A stretch of 46,882 bases of DNA from Coniocarpon cinnabarinum (taxonomy: Eukaryota). The DNA lies in the NCBI GenBank assembly GCA_051942205.1, contig JAVECO010000175.1:1-46882 (forward strand). Direction: 5' to 3'. Made by a program: the position numbers and the translations under genes. Position 1 is the stretch's first letter. Each line of letters opens with the position of its first letter. The notes beneath the pieces are model-generated. The model saw only the letters and a program-made list of their open reading frames with translations. It ran no database searches and had not been told where the DNA came from. Positions 1 to 13,272 of the stretch are shown piece by piece.

Positions 1-301
1 CGCCGGGCGGCCGGGCCTTACCGAACACGCCGTGCTGCCGAACGTGCAGCACGTCCTGGGCTTGGCCGTCGACCCGGCCGGCTACGCCGCCCTGGTGCGG
101 CGATTCGTTGAACGCGCGACGGAATCGGCCCGCGCCCCGCAACACGACCGGCGGGATCGCGTGGGCACCCCTGTGGCGGGAGATGGGCTGGCACGTGCTG
201 GCGCTCGGACAAACGCCAAGTGGGCCGTCCCCAAAGACGTAGCTAATCGCACACCCTTATGTACAATAGCGTCAAAACACCATCCGACTTGCATAGCATA
301 G
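1..301 (+). other. High-GC partial ORF resembling the C-terminus of a bacterial alpha/beta-hydrolase (5' truncated by window edge)
   Basis: Frame from nt 2 reads AGRPGLTEHAVLPNVQHVLGLAVDPAGYAALVRRFVERA, which resembles the hydrolase pattern P..xH....DP..Y...V..F. 136 of the first 180 nt are G/C, with GC-ending codons dominant. Confidence 0.35.
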
Positions 302-329
302 GCACTGACAGCGCTGGTAGATAGACACG

Positions 330-3300
330 ATGAGCGATCAAGTTGCGCCAGCAGGCCGTGATTCGCCCCTCACTCTGCCCTCACCAGAGATACCACCCGT
401 CCCCTTGATGGAGGAGGACTCGTCAAGCAGCGGCGACGACTGGACACCTTCCAGCCCACGGAAACGACGGCGTCGACTGCGTTCGAGCAACGCAGAGGGT
501 TCGGTCCAGCCCTTGTCACAAATCTCTGAAGGTATTTCAACTGCCAAACGTAGCTCACAGACATCCCAAAGCGCATGCTCTCCATCTGCAGCCAGCCCCT
601 TCGACAGTTCCTGCAGTACAGACGCCGACGAAGAAGAGCCCTATAATCCCAGTAAGTCACACTCCGCACTCAATGAGCATTAGAAGACAACAATTGCGCC
701 GTGCCGCAAACTCGGCTTGATTTTGAGAAACGTATTACAAGAGCATGCGACGAGCAATAGCCGTAAATGCGAACTACTCTAACGTCTTACTGACCTGTGA
801 TAGCCTCTGTGCACGACATTGATGCGATTGAACGTTTGTTATCGTCACCGACCGCTCCTTCTGTGGCAGTTCTCTACCGCCCTGATGCATCCGATTCTGG
901 TGCTAACCACGAGTACGAATATTTTCCGCTTGCATGCTTCTATCAAACTGCGTCCTCCTTCGGCTCTGTACCTAGTCTTCACCGTCTTGACCTACTGTCA
1001 CGACATAACTGGCCATTGGCCAAGTCGTCACTTCATCATCCAAATCCATGGTCTTGGCCAGATGAAGAAGAACTATGTTGGTCTGCGAATATCTCACACG
1101 GACGAAGGCGTCCACTATTTCCGCCGACACAAGATCCGGAGCCTTCTACGTCGCAATTCAGCCCCTCAAGAGGCAAAGCAGCCTTAAAGGGTCTTTCTGC
1201 TTCGGACGTACCTCGCCCGCTTGTTCCGTCCGAGATCCCCGTCGAGGTTTTCGAGCTCATTGCTCAACACCTCACATTGAGTGATGTTAAGAACATGCGG
1301 CTGGTCAATCACTCGTTTGAGCGTGGGGTCTCCGCCCATTTATTTGAAAATGTTGTGGTGCCGTTCAGTACGAACATGTACGGCACGCTTGCTTCTAAAC
1401 TTTGTCAAGCTCCTCGATTTACTAATGGCAAAGGTGAAAGAGGAGCGTCTTCCTGGTACGCAGGTGATGACGCAGCGCTCGAAACGCAAGAGGACAATCT
1501 CGACGTTTTTCGAGGCTTTGGGCCGCATATTCGGCGTTTTGGCATTAGCTTTACCGTTAATGAACGAGAACTATCCCTTGCCCAGCCGAAAAAGGGACAT
1601 CAGAAACACAAGGTCTATTGGGGTGATTTTCGTTGGCCGGTCCCCGAATATCCACGCTTCGAAGACCGTGCTAGCCTCGAATCCACTGCTGATGAAACAT
1701 CAGTCATGAAAGGTGCATTTTGTCACTTGCGTAGGGTCAGACATCTTGCAATCTCCATCGATAGCGGCCTCGGATGGCTGTCTGGACCTGATCAGTCTAT
1801 ACGAAGTCGGATACTTCACCAGTCCACATACCCGTTCGAGAAATATCAGCAGTCGACTGAGCCTCAGGTGGAAAAACGAAGGGAGTTTTGGACAGTTCTT
1901 GAAAATGCCTATGAGGTTGCCCAGGACAGCCCTGCTCTGAAAATGGCCGAGCTTGCACGATATGAGAAACCGGAGGCTCTGCATATCCTGGATTGCTGCG
2001 ACTCAAGCAACGCTTTCAAGCTAGGCCACAACCTTCTCGACACGGCATCGCATTACACCCATCGTGTTGGCGTTGAGGATTCATCGACGTCTCAGGAGGG
2101 TTTCAAACGAACACCGGCGGCCACTGAGCTCAGACTGCCTTTTTCTGTTACTTCTACACTCAACCATTACACTCAATTCCAGCCAGGACATTCGAATCAC
2201 ATCAATGGATCACCAGCCACTACCGCAAATGCAGCCGCATCCCTAGATCAGACTGCTGCAACACGTCCGCAGTCATTGTTATCGAGCATGTCGGTGTCAC
2301 TCGCAAGAGGAATCAGACAGCAAGACCGTCTCAATCTCGCGCCTGCTCAGATGCAACCAGGGCCAGCAATGTCACGTCCCGCGCAAGACCGCTGCGTCAC
2401 AAGGTGTCATCGCAAGGGACGTGCATCAGGTCGCGGTCTTGTGTGTAATGACTTCCTGGATCGACTAAGGCCAAAGCAGGAAGCTGGGACCGCTACTTCG
2501 GATGACTACTTTTGGCATCCCAGACGTGGTGTTCTGTATACAAGGCCATTGAAGATGGATGAAGTTTCGGCTCGGGGCAATGACGATGGCTTCAAAGCAA
2601 ACAATTTAAGCCAATCGCAGCGAGAATGGCTCATGGAAACTGGGTGGGCTCAAGACGCGTTCCTCTCGTCCTATATGCTTTCAGTGGTGGATAACAGCAA
2701 GACACTCAGATTCGTGCAAACAATGACACTAACGCCATTCTCAAGTTGCCATCTAACGAAGCTGTTGCGGCCTGATTTTTGGGACGCGCTGCCTGGTCTG
2801 AAGGAGCTTGAGCTCATGGTGCTGCCTGACTGGAGACAGATCGACAGACATCCGGCTGGCTACACCTCTGCCCCTTCCCTTATGCCCACAAAAGCTCTAG
2901 ACGCATTTCACAGTGTCGTTCAAGCTATTGTGGGAAACCGCAGAAATATAAAGGCCATGAAGCTGGGGTGGGCTATCGGTGGTGAGCACGCTGAAGGTAT
3001 GCATGCACGAAATCGCATCTTGATGCCAGCGCCAGTAACAAAACGGGACGACTGCTTGCCACCGGCGGATGCCAGTATAGCTGTGCTGGCTTTGCCTCAT
3101 GTTGAGAAATTGTCGTTAGTAAACTGTTGGATTGCTCCTAACGTCCTGCAAGACTTCGTCCATCAACATCTTGGTCGTCGCTTGTCGAGCCTTGATCTTG
3201 AATCTGTGTCTCTCACAGCACACCCGAAGTACCCTTCGCAAGGTCTAGGTGGCGTCGGTGGCGGTTTGGGTGCTGCGGCTTTGGCCGCAGCTATGGGCGG

Positions 3301-4003
3301 CGGAGGTATGGCCGCGCCTCTGGGAGCCAATGCTTTCCATCACGTGACACAGCAACAGGTCAACGCCTGGGCCCAAATGCAGACTCATGCAGCACACTTT
3401 CCAAACGTGCCAAATAATGCATTTCTGAATGCGGGACTGCCGGGGTTTCCAGGTGCTGGTGCGGGCCAGCAGCTTCAGCAGAATAATCCAGGGAGCCGCG
3501 GTCAGCTTCGCGATGGGAGCTGGCTAGGGGTGCTATCAAAAATAAGAGACTGGTCTGCGTTATCGAAGAGGAGGTTGAGACTGAACTTTTTGTCCTGCGG
3601 ATACGCCTGGCTTCCTCGAGCTGGATTCGACCAATCTGCGATTGAATTGTCGATCTTGTTTTCAGCCTATTCCGACGGTCCTCAAGATCGCCATTTGCAG
3701 GCATGGTTCACGCGAAAGTTCACGATAGTTGGTGGGACGTTGCTGCAAAGCGGAGACAGCCTCTTGGGAAGAGTTGCGTCTGCGCTCCCTCCCTTTGACG
3801 AGAGTCTCCTTCAAAGCGAGTGGGGATTGTCATTAGGCTGGCCTGACCTGGATTTGCTTGGTGATCACTATGATGATCAGGATGGATGGGGCAAATGGGG
3901 TTTCAAAAATAAGGCAGCTGCCGAGTATGACGGAGAGCGGCCTGGGGGCTTTGGTAGGTTTTCAGGAAGCACAGTGTTTCCGTCTTGCACGACGTCAGGG
4001 TAA
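330..4003 (+). CDS. F-box domain protein (~1170 aa); join(330..651,804..4003)
   Basis: Intron 652-803 (GTAAGT...TACTGAC...TAG) fuses the 330 ORF in frame with the 797..4003 ORF. F-box motif IPVEVFELIAQHLTLSDVKNMRLVNHSFERGVSAHLF is present, followed by LRR-like segments (LPGLKELELM, LPHVEKLSLVNC, LSSLDLES). Confidence 0.8.
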
Positions 4004-4848
4004 TGTCAAGGCTGCAGCGGGTTCCACTAGACATCGTGGCAAACGTTGGGAAAATAATACGTTACTGGTAATACGTTGTGGCAAGCAATATAGTGAAAGC
4101 TGAGTATGAAAAGTGCTGTCTTTCCATAGGGCTACAAGGGTCTCATGTTGGCGTGCACTGATTTTCGACTAGACTCACCCTTGCATCAGCACGCGGGCCA
4201 CTACGCCCATTGCACTGATTCCAATAGGTCATAAAATCTGTGTATCTTGAACGAGCTCCACGTTGGAGCGATGAGGCGTGAAGGGCGAGTCACGTGCGCC
4301 AACATAAATACACACTTGCCAGAAAAAGCAACGAGAGATCATGCCACCTTTTTTGATAGTTAGCAACTTGATAGGTTCGCAAGGTCGCGCGTTAGGTCAC
4401 ACGCCGACAGAGAGCCCGACCTTCGCGCCCGGGACTGTACTTGCATTGCACTTTACCATCCCTTCCCGCGCTCGTAACATTATCAATTGTGTCAACCAGT
4501 CCAGCTCTAGCCGGCGGCTATCTGCAGCCCGAGCGCAGCCCTATTCCAAAAAGTTGTTGATTCAATGTGTTCATTAGCTACGTAAGCCCAAAACCACAAA
4601 CGGCTGCCTCGGTGTCCTCATCTGGTCTACACAAACGCAGCATTTGGAGAATGCCAATCCCGCGCTGTCTGAATTCAATTGCAAGCTACTGTGAAGGCCG
4701 CTGAACCTCGTTCCCTCTCAGAAAGTCACTGGCATTTCGCCTTTGCACTGCTCCCGAAGATCGCAAGGCGCCACGCAGTCTTCCGCTACCGTACCCCGGT
4801 CAGCGCCATTGAAAACCTCAGCTGTCTTGTTCTGCGTCAGCTTCAGCA

Positions 4849-7799
4849 ATGGCACACTCAGAATGGCAGCCTCAAGAAGAGCAGTTGCGACAACTTGCGG
4901 GATATCTGGTAGAATCTTTGAGCAGCAGGGACCCCAACAGTCAGAAGAAGGCGGAGCTAGTCAGTCTGCTCTAAAACAAGGCACGCCGACAGTCGTTGCT
5001 AATCTACCATGCGTGACAGATGATCAAACATGCCAAGGCATCACCGGATGTCGACAATTATCTCTGCTACTTGACGACAAGCGCAACTGATCCTCATGCG
5101 GTTGGCCTGTCGAAGACTTCATTATTGTCTGCTCGCAGTGCAGCAAGTATTATGCTGAAAAACGATGTCAAACATGGCTACAAGAGCATGCATGAACCAA
5201 CGCGCGCTTACATTAAATCCAATCTATTAGCAGGTCTCAGTGACGAAAACCCGCAAATCAGAAACTATACAGGCATAGCTGCTGCAGAGCTTGTGCGACA
5301 AGCCGGTATCATGGGATGGCAAGGCTTTTTGCCGAATCTTCTCTCAATGATCGGCAACGGCTCCGCTGCGCAGCACACGCAAGAAGGAGCCAGCAACGCT
5401 TTGCTCAAGGTCTGCGAGGACAATCGAAAGGCCTTGAGTCGGACATACCATGGTGAATGCCCACTGGAGACCCTGGTACCCAAGCTAATAGAATTTACGT
5501 CGCACCAGTCAAAGAAAGTCAAGGCGAATGCTCTATCGAGTCTGGACGTCTTCCTGCCTGAAAAGTACCCTATCGTCATGCGTCACCTTGACACTTTGCT
5601 CTCTCGCCTATTCGAACTCGCGAACACTCAGGATGAAGAAGTACGCAAGCAAATATGCCGATCTGTTCTTCATATTGCCGAAGTCTCTGCAGGTCGTATC
5701 ACGCCGCACATGTCGGGACTTGTTGACTACATGATTGCGCAACAAACGAGCCTGGACGGCATTGAAGACCCGGAACTTCCACTGGCTGCGGCAGACTTCT
5801 TCCTCTACGCCGCTGAGGACGAACAGCTGCAACGTGCCCTGGAACCGTATCTTCCAAAACTCGTTCCAGTCCTCCTCGAGAGTACAATCTACTCGGAAGA
5901 GGACGTTTTAAGAAAAGAGCAAGAAGGGGAAGACGCCGAGCAAGAAGATCGCGAACAAGACATCAAGCCACAGTTTGCGGTGACAAAAGCCGCTCGCAAC
6001 GCGCAACCTTCTCAAGCTAACGGTGTGAATGGCAACGCTACCCTAGAGTACGCTGAAGAAGATCTTAGCGAAGGCGAGCTCGAAGAGTACGAAGAAGGTG
6101 ATGAAGATGATCCCGAAGAACAGTGGAATCTACGGAAGGCTTCAGCTGCCACACTTGACGTTCTCGCCGGGGTGTACAGTGAAGTTGTTTTCCAGAACAC
6201 ATTACCGTACCTTCGAAACAATCTCACACACAAAGATTGGCCGAACCGGGAATCTGCCGTGTTGGCATTGGGTGCGGTCGCAGAAGGCTGCATGGACGTG
6301 ATAGAGCCGAACTTACCGGAACTAATACGCTTTCTCATTGAAAACCTCAAGGATTCGTCGTACGTGGTGAGGCAAATAACGTGCTGGGCGCTTGGTCGAT
6401 ATTCGCAGTGGGCATCACACTTGGATGAGGACGGCAAACAGCAATACTTCCTGCCCATGATGGACGGCATTCTCAAGCGTATGCTCGACGGCAATAAATC
6501 CGTGCAAGAAGCCGCCGCCTCTGCGTTTGCCAATCTTGAGGAAAAAGCAAACAAGCAGCTGGAGAATCCGATGTATTGCGAAGTGATTGCGGAACAATTT
6601 GCGAAGTGCTTCGCGCGATACAAGGACCGAAACATGTTCATTCTTTACGACTGCGTGCAAACGCTGGCAGAGCATGTCGGACCTTCCCTACAAAACCCCA
6701 AGTTGGTGGCTACCTTGATGCCGCCGATACTCAGAAGATGGGACAAAGTCTCAGATGCGTCACGGGAAATGTTCCCACTCCTCGAGTGCCTCTCCTACGT
6801 TGCAACCGCACTCGGCCCATCCTTCGCCCCATATGCGATCCCAATCTTCCAGCGATGCATCAACATAATATTTTCTAACCTCCAGGACTCTCTTGCCGCG
6901 GTCCAGAATCCCGCCTACGAGGCTCCAGATCCCGACTTCCTTGTCACCTCACTTGATCTCCTCTCAGCAATTATCCAAGCCCTCGGGTTCCCATCAGCTG
7001 CCAATTCGCACGACACGGTCAAGTTGGTTAGGGAAACCGAGCCAAACATGTTTGATATGATGGTTTTCTGCCTGGAAAATCCTAATGCCGACGTGCGGCA
7101 GTCTGCGTACGCACTCCTCGGCGACTGCGCTATTTATGTTTACCCAGCACTTGCGCCTTTTCTCGAGAAAATCATGCCACTCATCATCAAGCAGCTAGAT
7201 CTCAATGAGCCTGCTAGCGGCAGCGATGAGGCTCCTTTCGCCGTCACGAACAACGCATGTTGGAGCTGCGGTGAGATCAGCATGCGCGCGCGCACGAGCA
7301 TGACACCATACGTGGAGACACTGCTACAGAGCATGTACGCCATCCTGAACGCAGAGAACGTGCCAGCATCTCTTCGAGAGAATGCTGCCATTGCCATGGG
7401 AAGGCTCGCGATCTCTTCCGCAGACATGCTGGCCCCGCATGTTGCGACCTTTGCGCCAATGCTTCTTCGGACCATGAAGAATATCCAAGTCACCGAGGAA
7501 AAGATCCAGGCAATGCAAGGAGTCGCCGAAGTTGCCAAACGCAATCCTAGTGGTCTCCAACACTGCTTTCTCGAATTGATCGGGCAGATCGCAGAGATTG
7601 GTGCCAGTCAGTCCAACATCGGGAATGAGGAGCATCAGGTCTTTAGAAATGTAAATATTTGCTTCCAAGAGACTTTGTTCGCAAGCTAACGTGTTAGGTT
7701 CTGATGGAATACAAAAAGCTCCTCCCTGACTTCGACCGTGCCCTTCAAGGACTCGGGCCTGAGAATGCGGAGATCCTCAAAGCGACCTATGGTCTGTGA
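4849..7799 (+). CDS. KAP104: Transportin-1 / importin beta-2 (karyopherin), ~947 aa; join(4849..4959,5020..7650,7698..7799)
   Basis: N-terminal exon MAHSEWQPQEEQLRQLAGYL; HEAT repeats; acidic H8 loop EDREQDIKPQF...DPEEQWNLRKASAATLD; FPLLECLS and NNACWSCGEI motifs. Introns 4960-5019 (GTCAGT..GCTAAT..CAG) and 7651-7697 (GTAAAT..GCTAAC..TAG) keep the frame. Confidence 0.95.
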
Positions 7800-9740
7800 T
7801 TGCAAACACTCACCACTGTCGGACCGAGGTCTCGCTACGGCTTGTTTACTAACTTGATGGCGTTGGCGGATGGGAAGCTCGGCTCGAGCGACAAACGAGT
7901 CGGGAAGACTTGATATCCAAAGTCGAGACGAGCATGAACCCTGGAATACATGACCTGGAATGGCGAAATGAGTATGAAAAGGAAGATCCAATGTTTACCC
8001 CGATACCATGCTCTTGCGTTGCATTGCATTGCACACATCTCAGCGCCGGCGTAAGAGGCTGCCATTTGCGCAAGCTTCGGAATCTTTGTAGATAGATTAT
8101 TTTACCAAGTGCTTTCACAGGGCGCAGTAGACTCTCCACTGAGCACTGTCGTCTCTGCGTTTGCAAGCGTTGAGCATGCACACTAGTTGTGGTTACGCTA
8201 CAGAACGAAGGTATGCATTTTTGGGAAATTCACAGCCTCACTGTGACCCTGGTGTAGCCTGGACCTTTGGACAAAGGCCTGTAATAGCCACGTGTCGAGC
8301 AGACTGGTATGTGTTGTCCAGTCTAGGAATAGCAAGATCGACATTATGTCAATCCTCAAGAAGTATCTCATCGAAAGTAAGCCTCTGAACTGCAACGCTG
8401 AGTCTGTTAGCTCAGCTGTAGGTCCGGCCCGCCTTCAACTCCCACAGCAAGTGTCTAGGAAAGAGAGACCTGCGGCAACACAACTCAGCGCGTCGTGCGA
8501 TGATCGGCGGCTTCTAGCGTCATCTTCACAGTCAAATAGCCTTCCGTAATGGGCTTGTTGTCTGTGTCCGCGTTTGGGCAATCCGGTGACGATTTTGTTC
8601 AAAGGCACACTGCAAAAGCGCCATAGTGGGCTATGAGGCCGTGCTTACAAGTGGCGAGCAGCTAGGCTAGTGACTCTGTCAGGTGAGGGTAGGTCCTAAC
8701 AGAACACACTGAGTAGCAGCTTTGCGAATAGCCCGTCACGTCAACAACGCTGGCAGGTATGGTATACTCCAAGATCTGGTGGCAAAAATACTGGCGCAAA
8801 TGCAACAGCGTTATCGATATACCATTTACTCTAAATTTGAAGACTTCGTTAACACTTTTGCTACAGGACACCCTCGAAATTTCCTTATGCGCCACCATTC
8901 ATGCAACTCAACCTCGTTCCTTCTAGAATTCATCTCCAGCCCCACGTGCTGCTGTAGCCGATAATAGCCTGCCCTCGGACCGTGCCGCTCGCTTCTGCCA
9001 CCAGTAAGCAGCCGCGAAGGTATCGATATTATCGATGCAAGCGGCCTCGCTGCTGATCGAGGTTAATGAAAGTGCAGTACGCTGATTTACCAGTACAGGT
9101 ACACGGGAAGGACCAGGAAGCGAAGACACATTAACGAAAGAATGATGGTTTCAATGCCATGTATGTGCACAGATTCCGCATGGACATTGTCAAGCCCTGC
9201 CTTCCGAGACACAGAGTCTTGACGGTATCAGAGAGCACCGACAGAGGCTGAAATGCCATGTCTTTGGGGTCGCTTGGCACGTCACTCTGGAACAAGGTGT
9301 GGCTGAAGCCGCTGTGCACTGCATCTTCGACCACGTGGCACGGCGGGGCAGGCCGAGAAAGAGAGAGCCAGTGGCGGCGCTTAGGCAGCCTTCAGTCACG
9401 TCGAGGGGTGACGTGAAGTACGGGGTACCGCGGACCTCCCTGACTGCAGCGTGGGTGAGGTCGCAACCCTGTCAGAGTCGCACCGTCTGGTTTTGCAGCG
9501 GTGAGGCTGAGCTTCGAAAGGGCGAGGATTGCGTGGGCGAGTGAGCACGCGGGTCTCTCATTGTCGGTGAGCCATCGTCAGGGCGCGCCGCTCGCCGCTC
9601 ATGACTCTCGCTCACACGCTGTGTATGCCCTCGAGCACTCGGCGCAGGTCCCCCGTCTTGCCAGGCGGAGCAGGAACGAGTAGCACAGTTCCTGGTCCGA
9701 AACAGCTCGCGCAAGACGAGAGAGCGAGAGCCGGCGCGAT

Positions 9741-9770
9741 CTGACTCTGACTCTGGCACTGGCACTGGCA
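9741..9770 (+). repeat. Compound hexamer microsatellite (CTGACT)2(CTGGCA)3
   Basis: Read directly from the sequence; lies upstream of the Zn2Cys6 gene. Confidence 0.85.
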
Positions 9771-11298
9771 TAGCGTGCGACCGGAGCTCTCTCTGGAGTG
9801 TCGAGTGTCGCCGCCGTCACGTCGTGAACCAGGTCAGACGCGGGCGAATCAGTCGTTGTCCCAGCCCCAGCCGCTACTCCCCTCCCAGCCTAGCGCCCTC
9901 GGCCCTCCCATCTCCTCTATTTCCTTTTCTCGTATTCAGTTCTATTTTGGTGAAACTCTCGCTCACCACCTGAACAGCCAAACCAACCTCTCGCTCAGGC
10001 ATTGCTCCTCTGCTCCCATTGCTGGCGGCTCTGCTATTCTTTGATGCTTCTATCTGCGAAATGCCTCAATTGCGACTCTCTCTCGCTCCCCATTACGCTC
10101 TTCCTCTCTCTCGCTTCTATTCACGTTGACGCTCGATGCGTGCGTCTCCACCTCATTGTCCGATGCAACTCTGTGCCTCGTGCCAACCAATACTCATCTC
10201 TTGTCCTGGCACTGCTGTCCTTGCCGACCAGTTGCCAATCCTGGAGCTCCTCAGGGCGCCTCCTGAGTACCTTCGGCCTGCAAGCGTGTCGTCATCTCCC
10301 TCGCCCTTGTTCTGGCCCTGCCTTAGGGCCATGCTGTCTAGCCCATCCATCGATTGGTCCTTGCAGGCGGTACCTTAACTCGTACCGTCATGTACTCCGC
10401 CTGGGCAAGACAATCCCGTTGTCCAACGCAGCCTCTAGTAAGCATGCGTGGGAGACCGGTTGATCTTCACGTACCGCCTCTTTCCTCTGTGCCTGTGGCG
10501 TTCACGTCCGATCGCTAAGTTGCATGGTACCAATCTATCCGTGCCGGTGTCGTCCATTGCCGTTTAGGACTCAGCGCCGTGCTGAACCCACCTCTGTGTC
10601 TATGCTGATCCTGGGAACCGCCTTTCCCCATCTGATCTGCGCTTGCTTTCTTGGGCGGCTCTATTCTTCTTCCTCCATGCCATATGAGGTCGAGCTGTTC
10701 GGCCCCGGTTGCGTGTCTGTCCTTCGCACCGGCAACGTGGACGCACAGACAAAGCATTGGCCCAGAAACCTAGATTTAGATCTTGCAAATGTTTTCCGTC
10801 CTCCAACTGTTCAAATTCCTCGTGTAAACATCTGCGACCATCTGCTGTCGTTCAAATACGGCGCACGCCCTGCTGTCTCCAAACGGCAGAACAAGCGAGC
10901 ACGACGCTTTCATCTTCCAGGTATTATTTTTAAGAATGATCTATACAGCCAAAGAAACTATTTGAAAAGCTCCACGTTCCACCACTCACTCGACATACAA
11001 CCGATTTCACTCGACTGGATCGAATTGTTTTCTGGCATCACCCTGGAGTGAAAGCACACGCTAAAATCGCCATTTGATCAGTAGTGCACTGGCGCTAGCG
11101 ATAGCTCAAGCCTGCTAAGAAGGTCAAGTATTTACTAGCCAGGGGCTTAGTACCTATCCAAGCACGGCCTTTAGAGAAGGCCACCTAGGCCAGAACGACA
11201 TCTTCAAATCTATAAGAGCGATCCATTTGCGGTACTCAGGTAGCCTTCACAGCGCGAGCCTCAGTGAGACCGGCCGAGCCACGTGCAAATTCACCAAC

Positions 11299-13272
11299 AT
11301 GTCCTCGTCAGCCACAAGTGGGACGTCAAGACGGAGCCATACGAAATCCCGGAAGGGCTGCAAGACCTGCAAGAAACGGCACATCAGATGTGATGAATCC
11401 TATCCACAGTGGTAAGTTGGCCAACAGCCATGAACGGCGCCAAGTCGGGCTAATTTTGATAGTCGAAACTGCACCAAGCATCATGTCCGTTGCGACTACA
11501 TGGACGCCACCTCCGCAGATGATGTTCCCAGCCGAGCCACAAGTCCGGGATATGTGGCCTCGCCCGAGGCCGAGGACATCATTAATGACTGGCAGCGGAC
11601 GGGAATCGCCCGCGTTGGCAATTTGACCCTTGACTTGAACGAGCAGGCGTTTGACTTTTCGGCCAATGATATGCGACTATTGTATCATATTCTCAAAGCA
11701 GGCCAGTCGAGCGAGTCACAACATTTCACCATTTGGACAGGAACGTTCTCACAGTGAGTCGGCCCCCTGCGCATGCAGAAATATGGATTCTGCCCTACCT
11801 AAGCGATCTGAGCTCGTGTAAGAGCTCGTATTGTGGGTCTTTTCACTGACGATCCTGCAGGGGGCTAGCGGCTTCCCAATCGCACCCATTTCTCATGCAC
11901 GCCGGCTTCGCCTTCACAGCCTTCTCTCTCGCGTTTGAGACTGGGTCAGTGGATGCCAAAGGGCTAGCGTATCACTACGGTGGTAAGTCTATTATCTGTG
12001 TGACCCATTACCTTACAATTCGAAGCCACTTTGATGCATTCGCTGCTTGGATCATGCCAATGGTGTGCGAGTGATTATCAATAGCAGTGCAGGGAGTGAT
12101 TCAACATGCCATTGCGCTCGGATTCTCGTACAAATGAATTTGTTCCTTGACGTCAAATCCTGCTAACACTGCATTTATTAGGGGTAGCGCTTCGCGGTCT
12201 ACATCAGGCCATCAACACATTTTCAAAGGAGAACGCAGATGCGGTTCTTTTAGCCTCTAGACTGCTTTCCTGGCAAGCGAACGACTGGCAGAGTTGGGCG
12301 TCTCTGACTTCGGGCATTCGGACTGTCGTTAACGCAATTCTGGATTCCGGTCACGAATCGACCATCCCTCACGTTGTTGAACAAGAAGACAAGAATATTC
12401 CACTAAACTTCCCAGACACCTCACACGCTCCTACATCAGACGACTTTTACAACCATTACGTGAGCATCCTACAACAATGCAAATCCGCTTGCGATAGTCT
12501 CCTACCATATCTTGCAGGCCGAGGTCAAGACATAAGATTCATCGAGCAGCTGAAAGACTATGTGCGGAGACTCCTTGGAGTGCGTCCAGCTCAAACCCCA
12601 GAAGAGCAATTCAATCATCTTTACGCACTTCGCAAGTGGTTATTCCACGTGCCTGTGTTGACACTCAGGCATCCTCACAAAGACTTGACGAGCCTCATCG
12701 TGCTCGCCTACTACTACACGGTCGGTTTGCAGATGGAAACACTCTTTCCTAGTGTTGGCCGTGCATTCTGCTCGGGGATATCAGAAAAGCCATTACAAGA
12801 AATATTGAACGTCTTCGATCGACGACTCGCGAACGACCCGTCAGATGAAAACTTGCAGATGCAGTCAACCCTCCTGGCTTTTCCGCGGCAAGCTATGGCT
12901 GCCTCAGAGGCTCGTAGGCTTGATCGCCAAAACTTGGAGCTATCTGAGTCCTCACAAAACTTTGAAGGATTCCGCGAACAACTCTACTCGATTGAAAATC
13001 AGGAAATAAGTGCGCAGCGAAGTCCAGCTTTTGCAGCAACTACAGGAAGCAGGCAAAGAGACGCGAGCAGAGCCTCGTCAACCAGTGGCTCGATGTATCT
13101 TGACGTGCCAACCTTGGCAAGTGAGCCGCCCGTGGATTACAGTGCATCGATGTCGATGCCGCTCTCACTGGAGCCAGAAGAGCTAGGACTTGGAGAGATG
13201 AGCATGGAGCTCCCAGGCGGGTGGGTGCACTTTCCCTTGCTAGCTGCCGGCGCGACAGAGCTATGGACGTGA
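11299..13272 (+). CDS. Zn(II)2Cys6 transcription factor, Upc2/Ecm22-like cluster; join(11299..11411,11463..11753,11861..11982,12182..13272); possible alternative last exon ending at 13385
   Basis: RRSHTKSRKGCKTCKKRHIRCDESYPQC|RNCTKHHVRCDY is completed by removing intron 11412-11462. Introns 11754-11860 and 11983-12181 restore HPFLMHAGFAFTA and ALRGLHQAINTFSKENADAVLLAS of the fungal-specific TF domain. Confidence 0.9.

Noticed and set aside
8662..9129. Short ORFs downstream of KAP104 (8722-8964, 8662-8898, 8923-9129)
   Set aside because: No motifs, and no consistent splice structure that I could build.
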